A stretch of DNA of 32,000 nucleotides from Pseudomonas aeruginosa (GCF_001457615.1 NZ_LN831024.1:4440001-4472000), one strand, 5' to 3'. Numbered from the stretch's first letter, positions 1-10,061 are shown. Made by a program: numbers and translations. Notes: generated by a model not told the origin, from the letters alone.

Positions 1-564
1 GCGCTGGATGTAGCGTCCCAGGTGCTGGTCCGGCGCCCAGAGGATGGGCTCGCCGTTGTCCATCAGGTGTTCGACGATCTCCACCGCGCAACTGGAGGTC
101 ACGACCCAGTCGGCGCGTGCCTTCACCGCCGCGGAGGTGTTCGCATAGACCACCACGGTCCGTTCCGGGTGCTGGTCGCAGAATGCCGAGAATTCATCCA
201 CCGGGCAGCCCAGGTCGAGCGAGCAGGTCGCTTCGAGGGTCGGCATCAGCACACGCTTCTCAGGGTTGAGGATCTTCGCCGTCTCGCCCATGAAGCGCAC
301 CCCGGCCACGACCACCGTCTGCGCCGGATGCTGGTTGCCGAAACGGGCCATCTCCAGCGAATCGGATACGCAACCGCCGGTCTCCTCGGCCAACGCCTGG
401 ATCACCGGGTCGCAGTAGTAATGCGCCACCAGTACAGCATTTTGCGCCTTCAGTTCGGCCGCGATCGCCGCGCGATGCTCGGCGCTCTCCTGCTCGCTCA
501 ACACACGGGGTTGCTTGGCGGCCAGGTGGGCCTGTACCAGGAGTCGTTCGGAAATGTGCGTCAT
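1..564 (-). CDS. nadA: Quinolinate synthase A, N-terminal part (gene continues beyond the window's left edge)
   Basis: ATG at complement 564..562. My own reverse translation gives [76 protein letters not shown]...[30 protein letters not shown], which is typical NadA. 564 nt is an exact multiple of 3 with no stop. The listed + strand ORF 22..579 is its antisense shadow. Confidence 0.9.
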   Translation of the reverse strand, partial: MTHISERLLVQAHLAAKQPRVLSEQESAEHRAAIAAELKAQNAVLVAHYYCDPVIQALAEETGGCVSDSLEMARFGNQHPAQTVVVAGVRFMGETAKILNPEKRVLMPTLEATCSLDLGCPVDEFSAFCDQHPERTVVVYANTSAAVKARADWVVTSSCAVEIVEHLMDNGEPILWAPDQHLGRYIQR

Positions 565-778
565 AGTCGCTACACCTGAAGGCGCAACAGCGCGTCTCTC
601 GATTTTATACCCGGCGGCAGGCTGGACCGCAGGGAACTGACGATTGCAGGTTTCGGGCACGGCACCCGTGTCCCCCTTGAGCAAACCCCGGGGATCCGCC
701 TGCAAGGCCGCGGATTCTAACCGCATAGGTCGCGCCAGGGCCATCCCGGCATCCGTACCGGCCTGGCCGGTGGCTCCG

Positions 779-794
779 CTAACAAAAGACATAG
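779..794 (+). promoter_or_regulatory. las/rhl-type box (CT-N12-AG) upstream of pqsR: the LasR binding site
   Basis: Exact string CTAACAAAAGACATAG. From memory this matches the published LasR-bound box of the pqsR/mvfR promoter. It lies about 520-535 bp upstream of the pqsR ATG in this window. Confidence 0.7.
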
Positions 795-997
795 GTTTCG
801 GTCGTTAGACCTACGCGACATAATTTTTTTGTTTCTTAGAACCGTCCCTGACTCGGCTCGCTCCACGACCGAACACGACATGCCGGCATGCCAGCGTTAA
901 TACTTTGGTATTAGGCCCTTGGTATTAACGTTAAATAACCGGTAAATATCCGGATTTTCTTTTCGTCGAATTTACGAGCAATATGAAACATATTTCG

Positions 998-1026
998 TTG
1001 AAATAAGCTCTTCTTTCACATAATTA
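998..1026 (+). promoter_or_regulatory. Sigma70-like promoter for the distal pqsR transcript
   Basis: TTGAAA (998-1003), a 17-bp spacer, then TAATTA (1021-1026, overlapping TATAAA) in an AT-rich block. The predicted start near 1033-1037 agrees with my recollection of a pqsR transcription start (TSS) about 278 nt upstream of the ATG. Confidence 0.45.
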
Positions 1027-1177
1027 TAAAAATATCCTGAAACAGAGCCGTCATCCCTCACCTCCAAAACGACGACTCCCCGTGCCGTGCGCCCGCCGCG
1101 CAGAAAGCGAGCCGGCGGCCGATTCCACCCTCGCACGCCAGCCCTTGCGCTTCACTGACCGACGGGAGGTTTCCCCG

Positions 1178-1300
1178 ATGAAAACGTCATCCAGAAGACA
1201 AGTTGAAACACTCGGGCGCTATCTATCGAGTCCTCGACGCTTCTTCCACAGTAGCGGCAACCTGACCCGATCAAGGGAAGCGGCACGCGCCACCCAATAA
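1178..1300 (+). CDS. uof: 40-codon upstream ORF in the pqsR 5' leader ('uof'), translationally coupled to pqsR and the reported target of sRNA PhrS
   Basis: GGGAGG (1164-1169) lies 8 nt before ATG 1178. The TAA stop at 1298-1300 is 12 nt before pqsR ATG 1313. The product is MKTSSRRQVETLGRYLSSPRRFFHSSGNLTRSREAARATQ. Codon usage is atypical for P. aeruginosa (AGA AGA, CGA, AGG, CTA, AGT), which fits a regulatory leader rather than a functional protein. Identification as uof relies on published PhrS/uof work recalled from memory. Confidence 0.6.
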   Translation: MKTSSRRQVETLGRYLSSPRRFFHSSGNLTRSREAARATQ

Positions 1301-1312
1301 AAGGAATAAGGG

Positions 1313-2317
1313 ATGCCTATTCATAACCTGAATCACGTGAACATGTTCCTCCAGGTCATCGCCTCCGGTTCGATTTCCTCCGCTGCGCGGATCCTGCGCA
1401 AGTCGCACACCGCGGTCAGCTCGGCGGTCAGCAACCTGGAAATCGACCTGTGCGTGGAGCTGGTCCGTCGGGACGGCTACAAGGTCGAACCCACCGAGCA
1501 GGCGCTTCGCCTGATCCCTTACATGCGCAGCCTGCTGAACTACCAGCAGCTGATCGGCGACATCGCCTTCAATCTCAACAAGGGTCCGCGCAATCTCCGG
1601 GTGTTGCTGGACACCGCCATCCCGCCGTCGTTCTGCGATACGGTGAGCAGCGTACTGCTCGACGATTTCAACATGGTCAGCCTGATACGCACCTCGCCCG
1701 CCGATAGCCTGGCGACGATCAAGCAGGACAACGCGGAAATCGATATCGCCATCACCATCACCATCGACGAGGAACTGAAGATCTCCCGCTTCAACCAGTG
1801 CGTGCTCGGCTACACCAAGGCGTTCGTCGTCGCCCATCCGCAGCACCCGTTGTGCAATGCCTCCCTGCACAGCATCGCGAGCCTGGCCAATTACCGGCAG
1901 ATCAGCCTCGGCAGCCGCTCCGGGCAGCATTCGAACCTGCTGCGGCCGGTCAGCGACAAGGTGCTCTTCGTGGAAAACTTCGACGACATGCTGCGTCTGG
2001 TGGAAGCCGGCGTCGGATGGGGCATCGCGCCGCATTATTTCGTCGAGGAACGCCTGCGCAACGGTACCCTGGCAGTCCTCAGCGAACTCTACGAACCGGG
2101 CGGCATCGACACCAAGGTGTATTGCTACTACAACACCGCGCTGGAATCCGAGCGCAGCTTCCTGCGCTTTCTCGAAAGCGCCCGCCAGCGCCTGCGCGAA
2201 CTCGGCCGCCAGCGTTTCGACGATGCGCCGGCCTGGCAACCGAGCATCGTCGAAACGGCGCAGCGCCGCTCAGGCCCGAAGGCGCTCGCGTACCGCCAGC
2301 GCGCCGCACCAGAGTAG
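1313..2317 (+). CDS. pqsR: LysR-type transcriptional regulator PqsR (MvfR), receptor for HHQ/PQS; 334-aa allele
   Basis: Full-length ORF MPIHNLNHVNMFLQVIASGSISSAARILRKSHTAVSSAV... with an N-terminal helix-turn-helix (HTH) and a C-terminal co-inducer domain. It matches PqsR throughout, except for IAITITID where the 332-aa reference has IAITID. Confidence 0.97.
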   Translation: MPIHNLNHVNMFLQVIASGSISSAARILRKSHTAVSSAVSNLEIDLCVELVRRDGYKVEPTEQALRLIPYMRSLLNYQQLIGDIAFNLNKGPRNLRVLLDTAIPPSFCDTVSSVLLDDFNMVSLIRTSPADSLATIKQDNAEIDIAITITIDEELKISRFNQCVLGYTKAFVVAHPQHPLCNASLHSIASLANYRQISLGSRSGQHSNLLRPVSDKVLFVENFDDMLRLVEAGVGWGIAPHYFVEERLRNGTLAVLSELYEPGGIDTKVYCYYNTALESERSFLRFLESARQRLRELGRQRFDDAPAWQPSIVETAQRRSGPKALAYRQRAAPE

Positions 2318-2872
2318 AGCGTTCTCCAGCAGACGCTGGCCGTGGGTGGTGAGAATCGACTCGGGATGGAACTGCAAGCCCAGCTGTCGATTGCGCGGAT
2401 CGGCCATCGCCATGATCTCGCCATCGGCATCGGCCAGGCAGTCGAAACCTTCCGGCAGGCGACTGACCACCAGCGAGTGGTAGCGCGCGACGCGCAGGTC
2501 AGCGATGCCGTCGAACAGCGGGTGACGCTGATCGAAACGCAGGGACGTGCTCTTGCCGTGCAGCGGCTTCCTCGCCTCGCCCACCGCGCCACCGGCGGCC
2601 AGCGCCAGCGCCTGGTGGCCGAGGCAGACGCCGAGCACCGGCAAGCGCCCGCGGGCCCAGGCGAGCAATTCCAGCATGCAGCCGGCGTCTTCCGGCCGAC
2701 CGGGCCCCGGCGACAGCACCAGCAGTTCGCAACCGTCGGCCAGCAATGCCGCCTGGATCGTCGGCAACGGCGTATCGTTGCGCATCACCCGGACCTCCGC
2801 GCCGAGCAGGCAGAACTGCTCGACCAGGTTGTAGGTGAAGGAATCGAAGTTATCCAACAGCGTGATGCGCAT
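2270..2872 (-). CDS. phnB: Anthranilate synthase component II (glutamine amidotransferase) of the PQS pathway
   Basis: 200 aa with the GATase class I motif LGVCLGHQAL. Located immediately downstream of phnA, and its start overlaps the phnA stop. Confidence 0.95.
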   Translation of the reverse strand: MRITLLDNFDSFTYNLVEQFCLLGAEVRVMRNDTPLPTIQAALLADGCELLVLSPGPGRPEDAGCMLELLAWARGRLPVLGVCLGHQALALAAGGAVGEARKPLHGKSTSLRFDQRHPLFDGIADLRVARYHSLVVSRLPEGFDCLADADGEIMAMADPRNRQLGLQFHPESILTTHGQRLLENALLWCGALAVRERLRA

Positions 2873-4442
2873 CGCGCTCTCCCCTTTCGCGTTCGGCAGC
2901 GGCCACGGCGGTCAGCACCGCCAGCGCCTTGTTGCGGGTTTCCTCGGCCTCCAGCCGTGGATCCGAATCCAGCACCACGCCGGCGCCTGCCCGGACCCGG
3001 GCGATACCTTCGCGGACCTCGGCGGAGCGGATGACGATGCTGGTATCGAGGTTGCCGGCGCTGTCGAGAATGCCGATCGCGCCACCGTAGCTGCCGCGAT
3101 AGCCATCCTCGTACTGCCGCAGCAACTGCATGGCACGGACCTTCGGCGCACCGACCAGGGTGCCCATGTTCAGGCAGGCACGGTAGGCATGCAGCGCATC
3201 CAGTTCGCCATGCAGTTCGCCAGCCACGCGCGAGACCAGGTGCATCACGTGGCTGTAGCGATCGACCTTGAGCATGTCGCGCACCTGCCGCGTACCGCTG
3301 CGGCAGACCCGCGCCAGATCGTTGCGCGCCAGGTCGACCAGCATCATGTGCTCGGCGATCTCCTTGGCGTCCAGGCGCAACTCCGCTTCCAGGCGATTGT
3401 CCAGTTCCGCATCGATGGCGCCCCGGGCATCGCGTCCGCGCGGGCGGGTGCCGGCGATGGGATAGAGTTCCACCTCGCGACTCTCCGCGTCGTACTTCAA
3501 TGCCGACTCCGGCGAAGCGCCGAACAGGCAGAAGTCCCCCGCATCGAGGAAGAAGCGGTACGGGCTGGGGTTGCGCAGGCACAACTGGCGATAGGCCCGC
3601 CAGGGGTCCGCACACGGCATGCTGAAGCTGCGCGACGGTACGATCTGGAACACGTCGCCGGCCCTCACGTGGGCCTGCAGGCGCTCTACCTGGCGGGCAA
3701 AGCTCGCATCGTCCAGGTCGACCTGGTAGTTGCCGGCCCGTACGCCTGCCACCGGCGACTCGGAAGCCTCCTCCACGGCGCCATGGAATTCGTCGGCACA
3801 CTGGCGCAGGCTGGCGGCCAACCGGTCGTGCCCGGCCGGATCGTGGACGAACGCCTGCAGCGAAGTCCGGCGCGCCAGGTGATCGATGTCCAGCAGCAAC
3901 TCCGGCACCAGGAACAGGTAGTCCGGGCAATGCCGCGCAGGTTCGGCCGGCGCCGGCAAGGGTTCGAACTGCTCGGCCAGGTCGAAGCTGAACAGGCCGC
4001 CCAGCAGCGCGGGCCCCTCCGCGTCGCCCAGCGTTCCGAGCACGCGGCGCAGCGCCTCCAGGCTGGACAGGCCATGCAGGCGTCGCCACTCGTCCGCATG
4101 CGACTCTTCCTGGGGGAAGCGCCAGTGCAGGGTGTCGCCGTCACGCAAGCAGGTGACCTGGGCCGGACAGGCCTCGCTCAACGGCGCCAGCAAGGCGCGT
4201 CCGTTGGAGTTCAACGCCCGCAGCACCACATCGCGCCCCCAGCACTCGATGCGCAGGCAGCTGGAAAGGATCGCCACGCTACGCCGCGCAGCCTTGCTGT
4301 CCACGTCGAAGCAGTCGAACAGCATCCGGTTGGCGCCGGCCATGCGCCAGATCGACAGCGCCTCCGGCACCAGCGTGCGGTACTCCAGACTTTCTTCCAG
4401 TCGATAGCCAACCCCGCTCACGAGCCACCTCCTCGCGCCCAT
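2850..4442 (-). CDS. phnA: Anthranilate synthase component I (chorismate-binding) of the PQS pathway; start uncertain between ATG 4442 and GTG 4421
   Basis: 530-aa ORF of the TrpE/PabB family (…GAIGILDSAGNLDTSIVIRSA…). ATG 4442 has no SD sequence. The in-frame GTG at 4421 is preceded by GAGGAGGTGG (4434-4425) with a 6-nt spacer. Confidence 0.93.
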   Translation of the reverse strand: MGARRWLVSGVGYRLEESLEYRTLVPEALSIWRMAGANRMLFDCFDVDSKAARRSVAILSSCLRIECWGRDVVLRALNSNGRALLAPLSEACPAQVTCLRDGDTLHWRFPQEESHADEWRRLHGLSSLEALRRVLGTLGDAEGPALLGGLFSFDLAEQFEPLPAPAEPARHCPDYLFLVPELLLDIDHLARRTSLQAFVHDPAGHDRLAASLRQCADEFHGAVEEASESPVAGVRAGNYQVDLDDASFARQVERLQAHVRAGDVFQIVPSRSFSMPCADPWRAYRQLCLRNPSPYRFFLDAGDFCLFGASPESALKYDAESREVELYPIAGTRPRGRDARGAIDAELDNRLEAELRLDAKEIAEHMMLVDLARNDLARVCRSGTRQVRDMLKVDRYSHVMHLVSRVAGELHGELDALHAYRACLNMGTLVGAPKVRAMQLLRQYEDGYRGSYGGAIGILDSAGNLDTSIVIRSAEVREGIARVRAGAGVVLDSDPRLEAEETRNKALAVLTAVAAAERERGERDAHHAVG

Positions 4443-4489
4443 GGGCGACTGGCCTGCGCGACGCTAGCGCGCAACGGCATGTTCATCAT
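4418..4489 (-). CDS. Candidate 23-codon upstream/leader ORF overlapping the phnA start region
   Basis: AAAAGGGGGG lies 6 nt before ATGATG (4489). The ORF encodes MMNMPLRASVAQASRPWARGGGS. Its TGA (4420-4418) overlaps the in-frame phnA GTG (4421-4419) as GTGA. No homology evidence. Confidence 0.3.
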   Translation of the reverse strand: MMNMPLRASVAQASRPWARGGGS

Positions 4490-4530
4490 CGATAACCCCC
4501 CTTTTCCCCCAATTGCGACCGCTGCCGTCG

Positions 4531-4544
4531 GCGGCGATCGCCGC
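4531..4544. other. Perfect 14-bp GC-rich palindrome GCGGCGATCGCCGC between pqsE and phnA
   Basis: Read directly from the sequence. It lies 16 nt downstream of the pqsE stop, has no U-tract, and could form a short hairpin (GCGGC/GATC/GCCGC). Confidence 0.3.
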
Positions 4545-4559
4545 AATGGATGTCCCGTC

Positions 4560-6472
<1,913 letters not shown>

Positions 6473-6514
6473 GTGCAGCCCTCCTCGGACACCGTGGTTC
6501 AACATGGCGATGCC

Positions 6515-7561
6515 TCAGCACACCAGCACCTCGCCCAATTGCCAGACCTGGGCGGCGAACCCCCAGCCAGTGGCTGCGCCGGCCATGACGATACGATCGC
6601 CGGGGCGGATCTTGCCCTCGCGCAGGCCGGTCATCAGGGTGTACGGGATGGAAACGGAGATCATCACGCCGGTATCGCCCATCGTCAGTTGGTACTGCTC
6701 AGGACGGGCACCGATGCCCTCGGCCCAGGCCTTGACCAGGAACGGCGCTGGCTGGTGGAAGACGAAATAATCGATGTCATCGCTGCCCAGGCCGGCCTTT
6801 TCCAACGCCCGGCGCATCGCGATCGGCACGTTGGTCGGGACGAAGCTGGCCATCTTGTTCTGGCCGTCGCTGAACAACGAGAAATACAGCCGCGGCTTGG
6901 CCTCGCCGGTCGGGTTTTCCGGCAGGCGCCAGCGACCGGTGGCCACTTCATAGAACGTAGCGTCGCTGTGTTCGGCCGAAGCCAGCAGGTCGCAGCTGTC
7001 ATCGTCGCCGCGGGTCAGCAGGGCCACCGCGCAGCCATCGGCGAACAGGGTCGAGGTACGCGAGGTGAAGTCGAGCAGGTTGGAGATGTACTCGCTGCAC
7101 ACCACCAGCACTTTCTCGGCCTTACCCTGGCGGATCATGCTCGCTGCCAGGCGCAGGTTGAGCAGGAAGCTGGCGCACTCCATCTGCGAATCCAATGGCA
7201 GCGCCCGACTCAGGCCGAGCTGCTTGGACAGCACGTTGGCCATGCGCGGGTAGAGACGTCCGCGCAGGTCCGGCAGGACATCGCCGGCGTCGGTCATGAT
7301 CGGCGAGGAAGCCGAACAGATCAGCATGTCCACGCTATCCGGCGCGGTATCGCTGCTGCGCAGCAGGCGCTCGGCGGCCCGGACCACCAGGCTGAACTCG
7401 TTCTCGCCGTTCCGCGGGTCGAAATAGCCCCGCCGATTGACGCCCCAGAATTGCCACCAGGACTCGCTGAGGTCCGGTACCGCGGCGAACACCGGATCGT
7501 CGTTTTCGTAGCTGCGAGCCGGAAGTTCACAGGTGATCGCTGCCAGTTTGACCTTATGCAT
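6515..7561 (-). CDS. pqsC: PqsC, catalytic subunit of the PqsBC octanoyl-transferring condensing enzyme
   Basis: 348 aa, FabH-like, with the cysteine context QMECASFLL. Its start overlaps the pqsB stop by 8 nt. Confidence 0.95.
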   Translation of the reverse strand: MHKVKLAAITCELPARSYENDDPVFAAVPDLSESWWQFWGVNRRGYFDPRNGENEFSLVVRAAERLLRSSDTAPDSVDMLICSASSPIMTDAGDVLPDLRGRLYPRMANVLSKQLGLSRALPLDSQMECASFLLNLRLAASMIRQGKAEKVLVVCSEYISNLLDFTSRTSTLFADGCAVALLTRGDDDSCDLLASAEHSDATFYEVATGRWRLPENPTGEAKPRLYFSLFSDGQNKMASFVPTNVPIAMRRALEKAGLGSDDIDYFVFHQPAPFLVKAWAEGIGARPEQYQLTMGDTGVMISVSIPYTLMTGLREGKIRPGDRIVMAGAATGWGFAAQVWQLGEVLVC

Positions 7562-8405
7562 GAGCTTCTCCCGCCAGTTCCAGGGTCACGCCCTCCACCA
7601 CCATGCCGAACGGATCGAAGCTGATCAGCAGCAGTTCATCCAGACGGTCGCGCTGTGCCGCGCGCAGTTGCGACGCCAGTTCGAACGGCCCCAGGCAACG
7701 ACCATCGGGCCGTCCCTGGCCGAACCATTCCTCGCGCACCCAGTTCAGTTGCGGGAAGTCCCCGGCCAGACGGGTGAATCCGGCGCGTACCGCTTCGGGC
7801 AATCCAGGTTGGGCCGGCAGGTTGAGGTGTCCCTTGACGTCGCCTACCTGGCGAATATCGGTATTCAGCGGAATGCTCAGCGGCAGCCATTCCTGCGCCG
7901 GATCACCGCCCAGCGCACCGCGACGGAACGCGGCCTTGCCGGTCGGCCGGCAGAGCAGCGCCAGGGCGCCGTCGGCAAGGGCGAAGCCGGACTCGCTGTC
8001 CACTTCCAATCCCTGGCTGGATTCGCCGCGCACGACCAGGACGTTGCGATAGCCCTGGTCGCTGGCGAGGGTATCGACCACGTAGAGGGCGCGGGCCAGG
8101 CTCGAGTCGGTGAGGTCGAAGACATGCGCGCGATTCGCGCCGAGGACCTTCTGCAACGGATGGCCGATCTTCGGCGCCATGATGTCGCGGTTCTCGATCA
8201 GATGGTCGGGAGACAGGGCGAGGCCGACGATCAGGTCGATCTCCTCGGGCTTGACCGCCGCCTCGTCCAGGGCTTCGCGAACCGCCGGCAGCAAGCGCTG
8301 CATCAGCATCTCGTCGCCCTGGGCGCGAGGGCGTTCGCCTCCCAGCGGCCCCTCCAGACACACATAGGATGGGGGCAGGTTCACCCCCACAGCCTGAATC
8401 AACAT
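7554..8405 (-). CDS. pqsB: PqsB, non-catalytic partner of PqsC
   Basis: 283 aa from MLIQAVGVNLPPSYVCLEGPLGGE.... ATG at complement 8405..8403 verified in the sequence. The ORF-track ORF (to 8960) is a long in-frame extension inside pqsA. Confidence 0.93.
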   Translation of the reverse strand: MLIQAVGVNLPPSYVCLEGPLGGERPRAQGDEMLMQRLLPAVREALDEAAVKPEEIDLIVGLALSPDHLIENRDIMAPKIGHPLQKVLGANRAHVFDLTDSSLARALYVVDTLASDQGYRNVLVVRGESSQGLEVDSESGFALADGALALLCRPTGKAAFRRGALGGDPAQEWLPLSIPLNTDIRQVGDVKGHLNLPAQPGLPEAVRAGFTRLAGDFPQLNWVREEWFGQGRPDGRCLGPFELASQLRAAQRDRLDELLLISFDPFGMVVEGVTLELAGEAHA

Positions 8406-9952
8406 GCCCGTTCCTCCGGAAGGTTGTCGTGATAAAGGGTGTCGGCCAGGTGGCGCAGCTCGGCGCGCGCCAACTTGCCGTTGTCGTTGCGCGGCAAGGC
8501 CGGCAGCACATGCAATTGGCTGGGCAGCATGTGCGAGGGAATCTGTTCGGCGAGATGCTGGTCGATGCGCTGCGCCAGCAGGATCTGGTTGTCGTCCAGC
8601 GGAGTGGCCAGGGTGACGAACAGGGTCGGACGCAAGCCGTCGTGCAGCCGGCAGGTAGGAACCAGAACCGCCTCGCTCACTTCCGGCAGATGACGGCAGA
8701 TCGCCTGCTCGACCTGGGTCGGCACCACCCAGCGGCCATTCACCTTGAACAGATCGTCTTCCCGCCCACAGTGACGGTAGGCACCCGACTCGTCGCGCTC
8801 GAACAGGTCGCCGGTGCGGTACCAGCCACCTGCGAAGCGCGCCTGCTGCTCTTCGCTGGCCCGCCAGTAACCCGGACTCAGCCCAGGGCCACGCACCAAC
8901 AGCACGCCTTGCCGGCCCGCTTCCTCGATGGTGTGTCCTTCGCGGTCCACCAGCCGGCACTCATAGCCAGGCAACGGCAGCCCGGTGCTGTCGGCACGCG
9001 CCTGGCCCGGGCGGTTGGCGAGGAACACATGGCCGACCTCGGTAGCCCCGATGCCGTCGCAGATCTCCAGCCCGTGCGCGGCCCAGAATTCGAACTCGCC
9101 GCGCGGCAGCGGCGAGCCGGCGGAAAACGCCAGGCGCACGCTGCTCAACAGCTCCCTGGCCTGCGGACGCAGCGAGGCATAGATGGCCGGCACCCCAAAC
9201 AGGACCCGGGGGCGGAAGGCGACCAGGTTCTCCAGAACCCGCTCCGGGCTCGGCCAGGTATCGTCGAGCAGCGCCGAGGCTCCGCTGAACCAGGGAAAGA
9301 ACAGGCTGTTGCCCATGCCATAGCCGAAGAACATCTTGGGAATCGAATACAGCCGGTCTCCCGCCTGCAATGCCAGCAACTCCGTAGCGAACGCCCGGCA
9401 GAAACCGAGCGTGTTGCGCAGGCTGTGCATCACCCCCTTGGGCGCCCCGGTGGAACCCGAGGTGTATTGCAGGAAACAGGCTGCCGCCGGGTCCTGGCGA
9501 TGGAAGGCACTCCAATCGAGGTCCGCAGGACCGACCAGCGCGTCCAGCGAGAAATCGTCGAGCAAAGGGCGACCGGCGGCCGCACGCAGGGTCAACGGCG
9601 CCAAAGGACCGCTCAGCGACGGTGCATCGGCTTCACGCACCACCAGGCTGGCCTGGCAGTCGGCAGCGATATCGGCCAGGGCCTGCTCGCGGGACTTGGG
9701 ATTGATCACGGCGGGAATGGCGCCGACCGCGATGCAGGCCAGGAACAGGCAGGCCAGCGAAGGCGAGTCGTTCAACGCCAGCACCACGCGATCGCCGGGC
9801 TTGAGCAGGCGGGCCAGTTGGCTGGCCTGGGAGAGAATGTAGGTCCGGCATTGCAGCCGGCTGAGAGTCTGGCCCCGATAGTGATAAACGGCGGTATCGG
9901 GATCGAAATCGAGGCGGAACAGAACCTCGGTCAGGTTGGCCAATGTGGACAT
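8399..9952 (-). CDS. pqsA: PqsA, anthranilate-CoA ligase
   Basis: 517 aa with the AMP-binding motif YTSGSTGAPKG. First gene of the operon, with GAGGGA 10 nt upstream of the ATG. Confidence 0.96.
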   Translation of the reverse strand: MSTLANLTEVLFRLDFDPDTAVYHYRGQTLSRLQCRTYILSQASQLARLLKPGDRVVLALNDSPSLACLFLACIAVGAIPAVINPKSREQALADIAADCQASLVVREADAPSLSGPLAPLTLRAAAGRPLLDDFSLDALVGPADLDWSAFHRQDPAAACFLQYTSGSTGAPKGVMHSLRNTLGFCRAFATELLALQAGDRLYSIPKMFFGYGMGNSLFFPWFSGASALLDDTWPSPERVLENLVAFRPRVLFGVPAIYASLRPQARELLSSVRLAFSAGSPLPRGEFEFWAAHGLEICDGIGATEVGHVFLANRPGQARADSTGLPLPGYECRLVDREGHTIEEAGRQGVLLVRGPGLSPGYWRASEEQQARFAGGWYRTGDLFERDESGAYRHCGREDDLFKVNGRWVVPTQVEQAICRHLPEVSEAVLVPTCRLHDGLRPTLFVTLATPLDDNQILLAQRIDQHLAEQIPSHMLPSQLHVLPALPRNDNGKLARAELRHLADTLYHDNLPEERAC

Positions 9953-10061
9953 GACAGAACGTTCCCTCTTCAGCGATATGCATCCGGATCAGGAGATACC
10001 TGAGCCAGAGCGCTTGCTTTGTCAGGAACGGGAAACTAGCGGCGCTGGGCGAAGCGCGATA

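Noticed and set aside
22-579. 185-aa + strand ORF at the left edge.
   Set aside because: It is antisense to an unambiguous NadA reading frame (complement 1..564) that the ORF track omitted because it runs off the window.
7554-8960. N-terminally extended ORFs in the track: pqsB to 8960, pqsD to 6505, queE to 20634, aspS to 31171, tolQ to 25668.
   Set aside because: The extensions are Arg/Pro/Gly-rich, overlap upstream genes or intergenic terminators, and precede internal starts that reproduce the known protein N-termini and lengths.
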